Sequence record: MN091626.1
Reading direction: 5' to 3' (one strand)
DNA: 64,000 nt
The notes beneath the pieces are model-generated. The model was not told the DNA's origin and ran no database searches. It worked only from the letters and a program-made list of their open reading frames with translations. The number at the start of each line of letters is the position of its first letter. The stretch's first letter is position 1. Made by a program: the position numbers and the translations under genes. Shown here one piece after another: positions 18,507 through 28,169 of this stretch.

Positions 18507-20129
18507 TTGGGTAATTATTTAAGAAAAATTACGAAGAATATACAAGATGAGGTCAGTACAAAAGAGTCATTTAATGAGGATGTAATATACTTTAGGGAGA
18601 ATGAAAACCTAGAAGATATTATATCTGATATTTACAAATCAGTAGAATTTATTAAAGGCGTAAAATTCATTGATTGTAAAGTTGTTCCTCCAAGTGAAGT
18701 TTATGAGTACAATCAAATGACAGACAAACAATTTAAAGCAAGAGATTTTAGAAAAATCAACGTAGAAGAATCAAAACTATTAGAAGTTCAAATTACTGTA
18801 GAATTTGAATCAGCTGAAGGGGAAAAAGAATTATACACACATAAATTAGATTTCCCTGAACTTATAGAAGGTCAGTATTATTATATTAATGATAATAAGT
18901 TCTTCCCTATCTTACAATTAGCTGATACTGAATTCTATAAACCTAAAGCAAGTACAGTAGTAATGAAAAACTTATTACAACCATTATCAGTAAACGGTTC
19001 TAAAAAAGATGAACTTATTGATGATGATAAGAAAATGCCTAAAAAGTTAAGAGGTAGAACATTATATTTAGAAGTGTTTAATAAAAATAAACCTGTTCCA
19101 GCATTTTTATTCTTTATTGCTAAAATGGGTCTAGATGAAACATTTGAATTCTTAGATATTAAAGAATATTGTGAATTAGTAGATACCAACGATGAAAAAG
19201 ATGATAAACACTACTATTTTAGAATTAATAATAAAATAACTATTCAAGTTGATAAAGAATGGTTAGATCAAGACGATAGATATAGAACTTCTATGGTCTT
19301 ATGTATTAAAGATTTATTTAAAGGTATGAGAGCAGGATTAGATAAAGTATATGATAAAGAATTCTGGCTTAAGAATTTAGGATCTGTGTTTAGTGGTTCT
19401 ACTAATGTTGATACTAAAATTGAAAAAGCTAATTCTATGATTTTATCATTTGATAGAATTTTAGATAGTCGTACTAAAAATATTTCTAGATTAGATCCAG
19501 AAGATAAAGAATCAACTTATCATGTAGTTAAATACATGTTTAAAAACTTTGATAATCTTAATTTATTAGATAATACAGATTTAGCTAATAAACGTTTAAG
19601 AGTATTAGAATACTTAACTTATCCACTGAATAGAAAGAACTCTGATACGTCTTATCGTATGATTAATTTCACAGATAAGAAACGTACAATTAAAAATCTT
19701 AAAGGATTATTCTCAGGTGTACCTCGTGATTTCTTATTAAAAACTATAGGAACATCTGAAGGAATTAGATATTCCAATGCGGTTAATACAATTGACTTAT
19801 TTACTAGAATTCTTAAAATGACTAAAGCAGGTCCACAAACTGCTGTTGATACTAGTAAACCATCTATTAGAACTATTAATATCAATAATACTTATTTCGG
19901 TAGAATTGATTTAATAGCAACATCTTCAAACAATCCAGGTATTACACGTACATTAACACCATTCTGTGAGGTTAAAGATCCTGGTGAGAATGGTTCATTC
20001 TATTTTGAAAATAAACCTAACATCAGAGAAAATATTGACACAGATAATTTAGATAAACTAGAGAAAGAATCTGAAGACAATGAAGTTGTATTAGATATTA
20101 AAGAAATTGTAGAAGAGGATGACGAATAA
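18507..20129 (+). CDS. Multisubunit RNA polymerase beta subunit, N-terminal half
   Basis: GQYYYINDNKFFPILQL (RpoB G.FIING.ERV.V.QL) and GRIDLIATSSNNPGITRTL (GR.CP.ETPEG.N.GL...L). Confidence 0.8.
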   Translation: MGNYLRKITKNIQDEVSTKESFNEDVIYFRENENLEDIISDIYKSVEFIKGVKFIDCKVVPPSEVYEYNQMTDKQFKARDFRKINVEESKLLEVQITVEFESAEGEKELYTHKLDFPELIEGQYYYINDNKFFPILQLADTEFYKPKASTVVMKNLLQPLSVNGSKKDELIDDDKKMPKKLRGRTLYLEVFNKNKPVPAFLFFIAKMGLDETFEFLDIKEYCELVDTNDEKDDKHYYFRINNKITIQVDKEWLDQDDRYRTSMVLCIKDLFKGMRAGLDKVYDKEFWLKNLGSVFSGSTNVDTKIEKANSMILSFDRILDSRTKNISRLDPEDKESTYHVVKYMFKNFDNLNLLDNTDLANKRLRVLEYLTYPLNRKNSDTSYRMINFTDKKRTIKNLKGLFSGVPRDFLLKTIGTSEGIRYSNAVNTIDLFTRILKMTKAGPQTAVDTSKPSIRTININNTYFGRIDLIATSSNNPGITRTLTPFCEVKDPGENGSFYFENKPNIRENIDTDNLDKLEKESEDNEVVLDIKEIVEEDDE

Positions 20130-21439
20130 TGGCTAGATTTTTACTTAAGAATAAAGACTTATCAAAATTACCAGTAGTAACAAATCATGAATCAATTGAT
20201 AAGAAAGGTGATTTCACTGAAGACGGTATCTTCAGTGAGAAAATCTTTGGACCTGATTCAGATGTAGATAATATTACAAATGAAGCTATAGTTTATTTAG
20301 GTAATAACTATATTATTACACCTTTAGGATATGACAGAATTAAAAAATTAATAGGTAGAAAAAGATTTGCTGAGATTATTAGTTCTGAAAAACCTATTGA
20401 TGAAAATGGTAATGTAATTGAACCAGAAGATGACCATAATTCATATATTGGTTTAGTTGAATTTAGAAAGAACTTCTTAAAGATTCTTAAAGAAGAAGTT
20501 AAACGTGATAAACGTAAAACTAAAGATTACAATAGAGTTGTTCAATGGTATTTAAATGGAACATTATTCCAAAATTATGTAACTGTATTTAGCCCTAAAT
20601 TAAGACCGGCTACAGTTAATAAAGCAACTAAGACATTTAGACATTCAGAAATTAATAAAGAATTTAATTTATTAATTGCTCATAGTAATAGTCTTAAAGA
20701 ATTAGATGAACATTATACAGATGATTCAGTTGAACTACAAAAGTTAAACCTACTTAATAAAATTCAAGATGACAACATGAATATCTATGATCGTATTATC
20801 AATGAAAACATTAAAGGTAAAATGGGTACTATTCGTAAATTAATTATGGGTAGTCGTGTAGGATATTCAGCTCGTTCAGTAATTGTTCCAGCTCCTGATT
20901 TAAAATTAAATGAAATTAGAATGAATTATACAATCTTCTTAGAAATATACAAACCACTATTAGCTAATTTAATGTATGTAACGGAAAATATTCCATTACC
21001 TAAAGCAGAAGAAATATTAGGTAGAGCTTTAGATAACTTTAATCCTAAAGTATATAAATATATGAAAGAATTAGTTAACAAAACTGAAGGTGGAATGAGA
21101 GTAATTTTGAACCGAAATCCATCTATCTCAGAATCATCAGTTCAAATATTAAAAATTAAAGATATCATTAGTGATATTGACTCAGCTGTAGTAGGTATTA
21201 GTAATAATATACTTGCAGGTATGGGTGCTGACTATGATGGAGACACATTGAATATTATAGCTCTCTTCTCAGAAGAGCAATATGATATGTTAAAAGTACA
21301 AGATCCAGTCAATCAATTAATATCATATAATGATGGTCTATTTAATAGAACTTATTCACTTAATAAAGACTCACAGATTGCAGTTTATTTATTAAATAAT
21401 CCTAAATCAAAAGATGTAAGTATAAAAGCTAGTAAATAG
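20129..21439 (+). CDS. Multisubunit RNA polymerase beta' subunit, N-terminal/catalytic part
   Basis: DGIFSEKIFGP, KGKMGTIRKLIMGSRVGYSARSVI, VILNRNPSI, catalytic GADYDGD. Confidence 0.93.
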   Translation: MARFLLKNKDLSKLPVVTNHESIDKKGDFTEDGIFSEKIFGPDSDVDNITNEAIVYLGNNYIITPLGYDRIKKLIGRKRFAEIISSEKPIDENGNVIEPEDDHNSYIGLVEFRKNFLKILKEEVKRDKRKTKDYNRVVQWYLNGTLFQNYVTVFSPKLRPATVNKATKTFRHSEINKEFNLLIAHSNSLKELDEHYTDDSVELQKLNLLNKIQDDNMNIYDRIINENIKGKMGTIRKLIMGSRVGYSARSVIVPAPDLKLNEIRMNYTIFLEIYKPLLANLMYVTENIPLPKAEEILGRALDNFNPKVYKYMKELVNKTEGGMRVILNRNPSISESSVQILKIKDIISDIDSAVVGISNNILAGMGADYDGDTLNIIALFSEEQYDMLKVQDPVNQLISYNDGLFNRTYSLNKDSQIAVYLLNNPKSKDVSIKASK

Positions 21440-21446
21440 ATTTTTT

Positions 21447-21476
21447 AGAATAACGGTCTTATCAGATCGTTATTCT
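21447..21476 (+). terminator. Hairpin after RNAP operon
   Basis: AGAATAACGGTC/GATCGTTATTCT. Confidence 0.6.
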
Positions 21477-21501
21477 TATTAAATAAATATGACTGGAGAC
21501 A

Positions 21502-22140
21502 TTGACCATGAACAAAAGACAAAGAAAGAAATTAGAGAAGAAAAAATTAGAAGAACAAAGTAACGAAAAAATTATAGATTTGTCAAAATTAAAAGAAGAA
21601 AAGGATGAAGTTAAAATGAATAAAGAAGTTAAAAGAGAAGGATCTTACAAGAAATTAACTAAGGAACAAGTACATTATATTGCAGAATTAATTGACAAAG
21701 GACACGGAAACACTTATATTTTAAAAGAACTTAAAGCTAAGTTTGGTATTGACCGTAAATCACATTCAATCACACATATTAGACGTGGTGAACATCCTAC
21801 ATTTAAAGCACTTACAGATGACAATTATCACTTTGCTGAAGTGGGATATCCTACATTTAATGAATACAAAAAGATTTTACGTGGAGAAGTTAAACCTAAA
21901 AGTAAAACACGTGTAAAAACTGAAGAAACGGTTAATAAAGTAAAAGAATCACCAGTAGTAGAAAAAGTATCTAGTGTTACAGAAGAAAAAGTAGAACAAG
22001 TAAAAGAAAAAATGAGTAATATTCAAAAAGATAAAGAAACTGGTAAAGAATATCGTGATAAAGAAAGTATTCATAAAGCAGGTAAACCTCAAGAAACTAT
22101 CTTTGATAAGATTATCAAACGTGTTTTAAATATTTTATAA
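21502..22140 (+). CDS. Putative HTH DNA-binding protein, Lys/Glu-rich
   Basis: LTKEQVHYIAELIDKG...LKAKFGIDRKSHSITHIRRG resembles a terminal HTH. Confidence 0.55.
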   Translation: MTMNKRQRKKLEKKKLEEQSNEKIIDLSKLKEEKDEVKMNKEVKREGSYKKLTKEQVHYIAELIDKGHGNTYILKELKAKFGIDRKSHSITHIRRGEHPTFKALTDDNYHFAEVGYPTFNEYKKILRGEVKPKSKTRVKTEETVNKVKESPVVEKVSSVTEEKVEQVKEKMSNIQKDKETGKEYRDKESIHKAGKPQETIFDKIIKRVLNIL

Positions 22141-22158
22141 TAGAAAAGATGATAAGAA

Positions 22159-23211
22159 ATGTCCAAATATGATTTAACTTTATATCATCATTTAAAACAA
22201 GAAGTAAAACCATGTAGATTAACAACTTCACAGGATGAGACAATGATACGTTGTCCGTTCTGTGGAGATTCTAAAAAGTCTAAAAGTTCAACACATTTAT
22301 ATATACAAAATAGAACTCCATTTAAATATTTCTGTCAAAGATGTAATGCTTCTGGAGTTATGAGTAATAAAGTTTTAGCTATGTTAAATAGTGGTAATGT
22401 AGAAATAAATAGTTATATTAACAATCAATATAATGAATATATTTCTAATATGAATAAAAAATATGGCAAATCTTTTATCAATAGAAATACAAAAGAATTA
22501 AAATACTACCCAAATAAATATACCGATTTAGAAATAAGAAAGATTAATTATATTAATGAAAGATTGGGTATTAACATAGATGAGAAGGATATTGAATTAT
22601 ATAAGATTATTTTAAATATAGAAGATTTTTATAAGAATAATGAATTTGATATAGATAATCAATATCAAATAAATAATCTTAATAATAATTATTTTAGTTA
22701 TATGTTGAACGATAAGAATACTATTAATTGTAGGTTAATGAATAGTAATACATTTGGGGCTAATGGGAAGAAACATTTTAAACAAAAAATATTTAAGAAC
22801 TTAGCTGATGAAAGTACTAGATTCTATTCAATTAAAAATGAATTAAGATTGGATAGAAGAGTATATAACATTCATATAGCTGAAGGGTTCTTTGATATAT
22901 TGGGGATATTTAATCATGTGTATAATAAAGAAATAAATGACAATGATATATTTATAGCTAATAACGGAAAAGGTTATAAATTTGTATTAAATTATCTAAA
23001 TAGTTTAGGTATACTTAATATGAATATAAATATTTATTCCGATAGAGATGTTAAAATTACTGATTATCGCAGTAAGAGAATGCTCGGTAATTCGCTACCA
23101 GTAATTTTAAATGATGCTAATATATATTATAATGAATTTGAAGATGAGAAAGATTTTGGGGTAACAAAAGATAAAATAAAATTATCAGAACCAATTAAGT
23201 TTAATCAATAA
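22159..23211 (+). CDS. DNA primase (Zn-finger plus TOPRIM)
   Basis: RCPFCGDS...YFCQRCN zinc domain; IAEGFFDILG and IYSDRD...KDFG TOPRIM motifs. Confidence 0.85.
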   Translation: MSKYDLTLYHHLKQEVKPCRLTTSQDETMIRCPFCGDSKKSKSSTHLYIQNRTPFKYFCQRCNASGVMSNKVLAMLNSGNVEINSYINNQYNEYISNMNKKYGKSFINRNTKELKYYPNKYTDLEIRKINYINERLGINIDEKDIELYKIILNIEDFYKNNEFDIDNQYQINNLNNNYFSYMLNDKNTINCRLMNSNTFGANGKKHFKQKIFKNLADESTRFYSIKNELRLDRRVYNIHIAEGFFDILGIFNHVYNKEINDNDIFIANNGKGYKFVLNYLNSLGILNMNINIYSDRDVKITDYRSKRMLGNSLPVILNDANIYYNEFEDEKDFGVTKDKIKLSEPIKFNQ

Positions 23212-23212
23212 A

Positions 23213-23261
23213 TAAATTTATATTATAAAAGTGAGGTAATGGATATTATATTCATTACCTC
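23213..23261 (+). promoter_or_regulatory. Early-type promoter plus leader hairpin
   Basis: TAAATTTATATTATAA then GAGGTAATGGA/TTCATTACCTC, same stem as 17187. Confidence 0.7.
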
Positions 23262-23288
23262 TAATATTATTTACACTAGGAGAGTGAA

Positions 23289-23795
23289 TTGGATATGGCA
23301 AAAGAAATTTTTAGTTCAGAAGATATTTTTAAGGATTTAACAGATTTTCACACAGAAAGTAGATTAGAGGAATTTAGTCACAAGAATATTTTAACGTCTT
23401 TATTAGAAAATGCAGATAGTAAAAATAATTTAGAAAAAATAATATTGATTCTATCTATAAATATTAATTCATCTTTAAAAAATTTAAATTCTATTGAAGA
23501 TGAAATGATAGATGTTTTTAGTAAAGAAATAGATATTAAGAAAGATAAAGATAATATTGATTTGCTATTAAAAAATCTTAGAAATGTTAAAGATAATTCA
23601 AGTATGGAAGACATTAAAGAATATTTAGTATTAGAAGTATCTTTAGATGAGGTTATTGATAAAATTAATGAAGATGATTTTTATAATGAAGAAGTAAAAG
23701 ATTTATATCTTAAATTCTATAATAATCTTTCTATTTTAATTATATCTTTTAAATTGTTAACATTCTATAATGGTTTTAATAATGTAGTATCTTAA
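23289..23795 (+). CDS. Hypothetical protein
   Basis: ORF with SD; ATG 23295 is an alternative start. Confidence 0.7.
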   Translation: MDMAKEIFSSEDIFKDLTDFHTESRLEEFSHKNILTSLLENADSKNNLEKIILILSININSSLKNLNSIEDEMIDVFSKEIDIKKDKDNIDLLLKNLRNVKDNSSMEDIKEYLVLEVSLDEVIDKINEDDFYNEEVKDLYLKFYNNLSILIISFKLLTFYNGFNNVVS

Positions 23796-23815
23796 TTAAA
23801 TTTAATATAAGGAGA

Positions 23816-24445
23816 ATGATTAGAATGAGAGATAAATTTTTATTATTTGAAAATGATGATAATAGCATATATATGCTATTATCAAATTTTAAATTCAATA
23901 AAGAAATTAAAATAGATTATACACATGATATAAAAAATATCGATGATGTTCCTAAGTATTTTAATAAAGGAATAAAGAGATTTAAAATGAGATATGACTT
24001 TCATTCAGGTCATATTATTAGACAAGATGAATTTTACAACTACATGGATAATTTAGATGCTGATTTTAAAAATTCAAATGCTAAAGCTTTAGAGAAAATA
24101 ACTTTCTCTAATCTTATTAGTGATGATAAAATCAATATAGTATATACAGGTAAGAAAGATGATAATAATAAAATTGTAAAAACTAATATTTACTTTATTG
24201 TCCCTGTTAGTATTATTTCTGAGGAATTAAATTCAAATCTAATATCGTTAGATATTACAGCTATGAATAAAAGATTAAATGATGTTTATAAATCTGAAAC
24301 AACCAATCAGAAATTATTAGGGATAAAACCTAGTGTTACAAATATCAATATTATTGATAGACAAAATAAAATTATTAATGAATACTTTAGAGATATAGGA
24401 GTAGAATATAACTTTATTAATGATTTTAGTAAATCAGAAGAATAA
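23816..24445 (+). CDS. Hypothetical protein
   Basis: AAGGAG SD. Confidence 0.75.
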   Translation: MIRMRDKFLLFENDDNSIYMLLSNFKFNKEIKIDYTHDIKNIDDVPKYFNKGIKRFKMRYDFHSGHIIRQDEFYNYMDNLDADFKNSNAKALEKITFSNLISDDKINIVYTGKKDDNNKIVKTNIYFIVPVSIISEELNSNLISLDITAMNKRLNDVYKSETTNQKLLGIKPSVTNINIIDRQNKIINEYFRDIGVEYNFINDFSKSEE

Positions 24446-24459
24446 AGGAGATTATATTT

Positions 24460-25191
24460 ATGATTGAAGAAGCTTTTAAATTAAATTTCATAAGTCTATT
24501 ATTAAATATACCTTACTTTTTAATATCAATTTACTTATTTTATTATTTTTATACTTACAAGAAAATTAAAAATAATAAAGATGATATATACGATGTAGCT
24601 CCAGTGGCTTTTACAAGTTATTTGAGTATAATAATTATAATTATACTCAAATTATCTACTAATAGTTTATCTCAATATGGTAATTTGATATATCATCCTT
24701 TTAAAATATTTACTTTAATTATAGTAGGTTTAATAATGTATGTGGCACTAGATGCTTCATTATTTATATTTGATAAGATGAAAAGTTCATTAAAAATATT
24801 CATTGTATTGAATATCTTTTTAATTTCATTATTAATATCTGATTCATTATTATTTAATATGATTATTATGATAGTCATATCAATTCTATTAATTTTAACC
24901 TCATTATACTTTACAGTTGATCATTTAGATAGTAAAGATAAATATGTAAAAATAACTTTTTGCACATTCTTTACTTTATTCCCTCTATTTTTATCATTGT
25001 TAATTATAAATATGGATGTAATTAAATTTAACTTAATAGATGTTAATACTAATAATAAAATTGATAATATGCATTTAATTATAATTGTACAAATAATTTT
25101 ACTAGTATGGAATTTAGTAGTAATGATATTCAAAATATTTAATATCAATATATACACCGTTATATCAGAATTATTTAAAAGAAATAAATGA
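24460..25191 (+). CDS. Polytopic membrane protein (about 7 TM)
   Basis: Multiple hydrophobic segments; AAGGAG SD. Confidence 0.75.
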   Translation: MIEEAFKLNFISLLLNIPYFLISIYLFYYFYTYKKIKNNKDDIYDVAPVAFTSYLSIIIIIILKLSTNSLSQYGNLIYHPFKIFTLIIVGLIMYVALDASLFIFDKMKSSLKIFIVLNIFLISLLISDSLLFNMIIMIVISILLILTSLYFTVDHLDSKDKYVKITFCTFFTLFPLFLSLLIINMDVIKFNLIDVNTNNKIDNMHLIIIVQIILLVWNLVVMIFKIFNINIYTVISELFKRNK

Positions 25192-25547
25192 ATATTAGGA
25201 TAATGATCAAATTAATGGTCATTATCCTAATATCATTTTCTTTTTTTGTAACTACCATTATTTTAGATATATATTATAATTATGAAGGGAGGAATATAGT
25301 AATGATATTTAATATTCTAATAGCATTAGCATATGTGGCACTTGTTTCTTTAGGATTAGGTGTTTCAGCTTTTTATATATCTTTATTTTTATTAAGATAT
25401 ATAAAAAATAATATTATCAAGAAAGAAATTAAAAATGAAAATAGAAAGTTATTTTATCTTTCGTTATTAATAGTTATAATATTCATGTCAATAAAATCAT
25501 ACGTTGATATAAAATTAAGTATTATAGAACAAATATTAAAAATGTAG
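25188..25547 (+). CDS. Membrane protein (3 TM)
   Basis: ATGA overlap; hydrophobic. Confidence 0.7.
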   Translation: MNIRIMIKLMVIILISFSFFVTTIILDIYYNYEGRNIVMIFNILIALAYVALVSLGLGVSAFYISLFLLRYIKNNIIKKEIKNENRKLFYLSLLIVIIFMSIKSYVDIKLSIIEQILKM

Positions 25548-25617
25548 AAAAGCGTAACATAAGACATTTTAATTATATATTATAATAATGAAGATATTAT
25601 AATATTAATTATATCTT
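25547..25617 (+). promoter_or_regulatory. Bipartite promoter AAAAGCGTAAC-N15-TATATATTATAA plus hairpin, copy 1
   Basis: Identical spacing in three copies. Confidence 0.7.
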
Positions 25618-25644
25618 TAATAAAAAAAAAGAGGAGAAATTAAA

Positions 25645-25923
25645 ATGACAGAATTTGAAAATGAAACTAAAGTATCAAAAGAGGAGAAGAAGATTAAAAG
25701 ATTTATTGATCAAGGTATTGATAATTTATCTGATACAGTAGGAGAAGGTATTGAAGGTATTCCGTTATCTTTAACTGATTATTTTCCTAAAATAAAGAAA
25801 TTAATTATTAAATTAATTGATAGAGAGGAAAGTGATGAAATTAAAATGACGAATGAATCAGGTGAAGTATTTAAATTTAATAGAACTTCACATGATATTT
25901 ATTTAACAGCAATCAAATTTTAA
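25645..25923 (+). CDS. Hypothetical protein
   Basis: GAGGAG SD. Confidence 0.75.
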   Translation: MTEFENETKVSKEEKKIKRFIDQGIDNLSDTVGEGIEGIPLSLTDYFPKIKKLIIKLIDREESDEIKMTNESGEVFKFNRTSHDIYLTAIKF

Positions 25924-25961
25924 AGAAAATTTTCTATGATCCAAAAAAAAAAATTAAAGGT

Positions 25962-26594
25962 GTGGTGTATATGATTAAAGTCAATGAACTATTAACACAA
26001 GTTAAAGAAATAAAAACAAATGACAGTTATACGAAATTAGTAAACGAGTATAGAGATATTATCAATGAAGAATATATATCTTATAAACCATTAAAAGATT
26101 ATTACAATTTCATTATATATTATTTAGAAAAATCTAGATATCAAGCATTGAAATCTAACAATTTTGATGAATCTAATTTAAATATCAAAACATTGATAGA
26201 CGATCTAATGACATTAAACAATATTGTTAAATCTGATATTTTTGATACTAAAGAAGTAATCAGATCTACTGGTTTTAAATTAACAAATGGTAGTACATTT
26301 GATAGAATTATTAAATACATTAAAGATAAACTAGATAAATTAATTATAGAGATAAATTCAGATAATTATAAATATCAAAATATCTATTTCTATCTACCTG
26401 AGCTAAATAATCTATTGCATAATACAATTCATATAGAACGTGTTTTAGATAAAAATAAAGATAATGTAGATATTATTAATATAGATAAATATAATTTATT
26501 TGAAATGATGCCTTGTAATGATATTATGGATAAAGATGAATTTTATATAATGGTTAATCATTTATATGATTTAGGATCTTTAGAAAAAGCGTAA
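25962..26594 (+). CDS. Hypothetical protein
   Basis: AAAGG SD; follows TTTTCTATGATCC motif. Confidence 0.75.
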   Translation: MVYMIKVNELLTQVKEIKTNDSYTKLVNEYRDIINEEYISYKPLKDYYNFIIYYLEKSRYQALKSNNFDESNLNIKTLIDDLMTLNNIVKSDIFDTKEVIRSTGFKLTNGSTFDRIIKYIKDKLDKLIIEINSDNYKYQNIYFYLPELNNLLHNTIHIERVLDKNKDNVDIINIDKYNLFEMMPCNDIMDKDEFYIMVNHLYDLGSLEKA

Positions 26595-26683
26595 CGTGTA
26601 ATAAAATAAGTATATATTATAATTATGAAGAAAGAGTTTATCATTAATTCTTTCTAATATAAAATTAAATGGAGGAATTTATT

Positions 26684-26854
26684 ATGAAAAAGAATTTAGT
26701 ATTGAAAAGTGTAGCAGGTCTTGGATTAGGTATTGTATTAGGTGTAGTAAGTAATAAGATTGACGACATGATTATGCAAAAGGAAATGGAAAGACAAATT
26801 TTTGAAAAAGCTTCAGAAATGACTTTTGAACATCCGTTCGCTAATTTAAAATAA
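26684..26854 (+). CDS. Small single-TM protein, paralog of 27396 (start re-called from 26669)
   Basis: GGAGG SD before ATG 26684; MKKNLVLKSVAGLGLGIVLGVVSNKID. Confidence 0.75.
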   Translation: MKKNLVLKSVAGLGLGIVLGVVSNKIDDMIMQKEMERQIFEKASEMTFEHPFANLK

Positions 26855-26881
26855 AGGAGGAAAGAGGATAATTGTTTTAAA

Positions 26882-26932
26882 GGTCTAATGAAAATGGATC
26901 AAGTTCATTAGGTCTATAATTTTCTATGATCC
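26882..26932 (+). other. Predicted H-type RNA pseudoknot, copy 1
   Basis: 11-bp stem with G-U pairs; loop GGATCA complementary to downstream TGATCC. Confidence 0.5.
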
Positions 26933-26956
26933 AATAATAAAAAGGAGTTAAAAACA

Positions 26957-27271
26957 ATGAATAACAAAACTAAATTAGCAGAATTAAGAAAAGAATTAAA
27001 AATCGTATATTCGGATATAGGATTGAGCAAAACGAGTACTGTAGAAGAAAGACTTCACAAGAAAAAAGAAAGATTAATTAAAGAAATTAATGAAATAGTA
27101 GAAAAAGATCAAAACATTTTTGATAGAGAAAAACATATAGCAAAAGTTAAAGACCGAAATAATGATAATATTTACAAAGGTTCAGATGAATTTTCTAAGG
27201 CAGGTAGACTTCATAGAAAATATCAAAAACAAGATAAAAACAGAATATTCAATAATCCGGTACAAGATTAA
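26957..27271 (+). CDS. Basic hypothetical protein, paralog of 27847
   Basis: Shared YKG.sd..KAGRLH..yQ motif. Confidence 0.75.
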   Translation: MNNKTKLAELRKELKIVYSDIGLSKTSTVEERLHKKKERLIKEINEIVEKDQNIFDREKHIAKVKDRNNDNIYKGSDEFSKAGRLHRKYQKQDKNRIFNNPVQD

Positions 27272-27395
27272 ATATTCATATAATCAGTTGAATTTGAAAA
27301 AGCGTAACAATATGGTTTTTAATTATATATTATAATTATGAAGAAAGAGTTTATCATTAACTCTTTCTAATAAAAATTAAAGGAGAAAAATTATT

Positions 27396-27566
27396 ATGAA
27401 AAACTTAGTATTGAAATCAGCAGTTGGATTTGCGGCAGGTATTGTATTAGGATTAGTGAGCAATAAAATTGATGCGTACACATTAGCAAAAATTGAAGAG
27501 AAAGAAGTATTAGATAAAGCAGATAGTATTATTAATAATTAATTAGGAGTTGAAAAGGATAATTGA
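27396..27566 (+). CDS. Small single-TM protein (56 aa), not in ORF track
   Basis: AAGGAG SD; MKNLVLKSAVGFAAGIVLGLVSNKIDAYTL. Confidence 0.8.
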
Positions 27567-27571
27567 TTTAA

Positions 27572-27623
27572 AGACCTAATGGACACGGATCAAGTTCATT
27601 AGGTCTATAATTTTCTATGATCC
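27572..27623 (+). other. Predicted H-type RNA pseudoknot, copy 2
   Basis: 12-bp stem; same loop-tail GGATCA/TGATCC pairing. Confidence 0.5.
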
Positions 27624-27658
27624 AATAATAAAAATAAAAATGAAAAGAGGAAATTAAA

Positions 27659-27841
27659 ATGTTAGACTTATTAAAAGGAATTGAATTTGTAAATGAAAAG
27701 GAAATTAACGAAGAGAAAGAATTATTAATCAATTATTCAGATGAAGCAAGATATCCATCTGAACAAGCTTATAGAGAAATAGATTCAATCATCGAAAGTT
27801 TCGACAATACAGCTTTCGGATTAAGAAAATGGGGAGTGTAA
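27659..27841 (+). CDS. Hypothetical protein
   Basis: GAGG SD. Confidence 0.65.
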   Translation: MLDLLKGIEFVNEKEINEEKELLINYSDEARYPSEQAYREIDSIIESFDNTAFGLRKWGV

Positions 27842-27846
27842 TTAGA

Positions 27847-28149
27847 ATGGTTAGAGAAGAAAAAATCAAACAAATGAAACAAGAATTACAAAAAATATTA
27901 GATAAAGAAATTAGATTTGGTTATAAACCAATTTCTAATAGAGACTTTGAAAAGAAATTAAAATTAATGAAACAGATAGACAAGTTAAAATTTGACATTA
28001 GATCTGAAAGATATTTAAGAAATGTCAAAAAGAACAAAATAAAGGAGTATAAAGGTATTAGCGATTATGCAAAAGCTGGAAGATTACATCAATCTTTCCA
28101 AAGTAAAGAAGAGCATAATCTATGGAAAGAAGAATTAGTAATTCAATAA
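27847..28149 (+). CDS. Basic hypothetical protein, paralog of 26957 (start re-called from 27829)
   Basis: GGGGAG SD; KAGRLH motif. Confidence 0.7.
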   Translation: MVREEKIKQMKQELQKILDKEIRFGYKPISNRDFEKKLKLMKQIDKLKFDIRSERYLRNVKKNKIKEYKGISDYAKAGRLHQSFQSKEEHNLWKEELVIQ

Positions 28150-28169
28150 CATAAATGGAGGAATTTATT

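Larger units (their letters stand above)
26583..27640 (+). repeat. Tandem duplicated cassette (about 26583-26940 and 27296-27630)
   Basis: Shared promoter, hairpin, paralogous small gene and 46-nt GGATCAAGTTCATTAGGTCTATAATTTTCTATGATCCAATAATAAAA-type block. Confidence 0.85.

Noticed and set aside
25547-27308. AAAAGCGTAAC as a CcpA cre site
   Set aside because: Spacing after the central CG is one base short of the TGWAANCGNTNWCA consensus and the left half does not fit
26882-27623. Calling the pseudoknots a type III toxin-antitoxin (ToxI-like) array or a known riboswitch
   Set aside because: Only two copies, about 700 nt apart rather than tandem; no ToxN/AbiQ-like gene recognised; no match to a riboswitch consensus I can support
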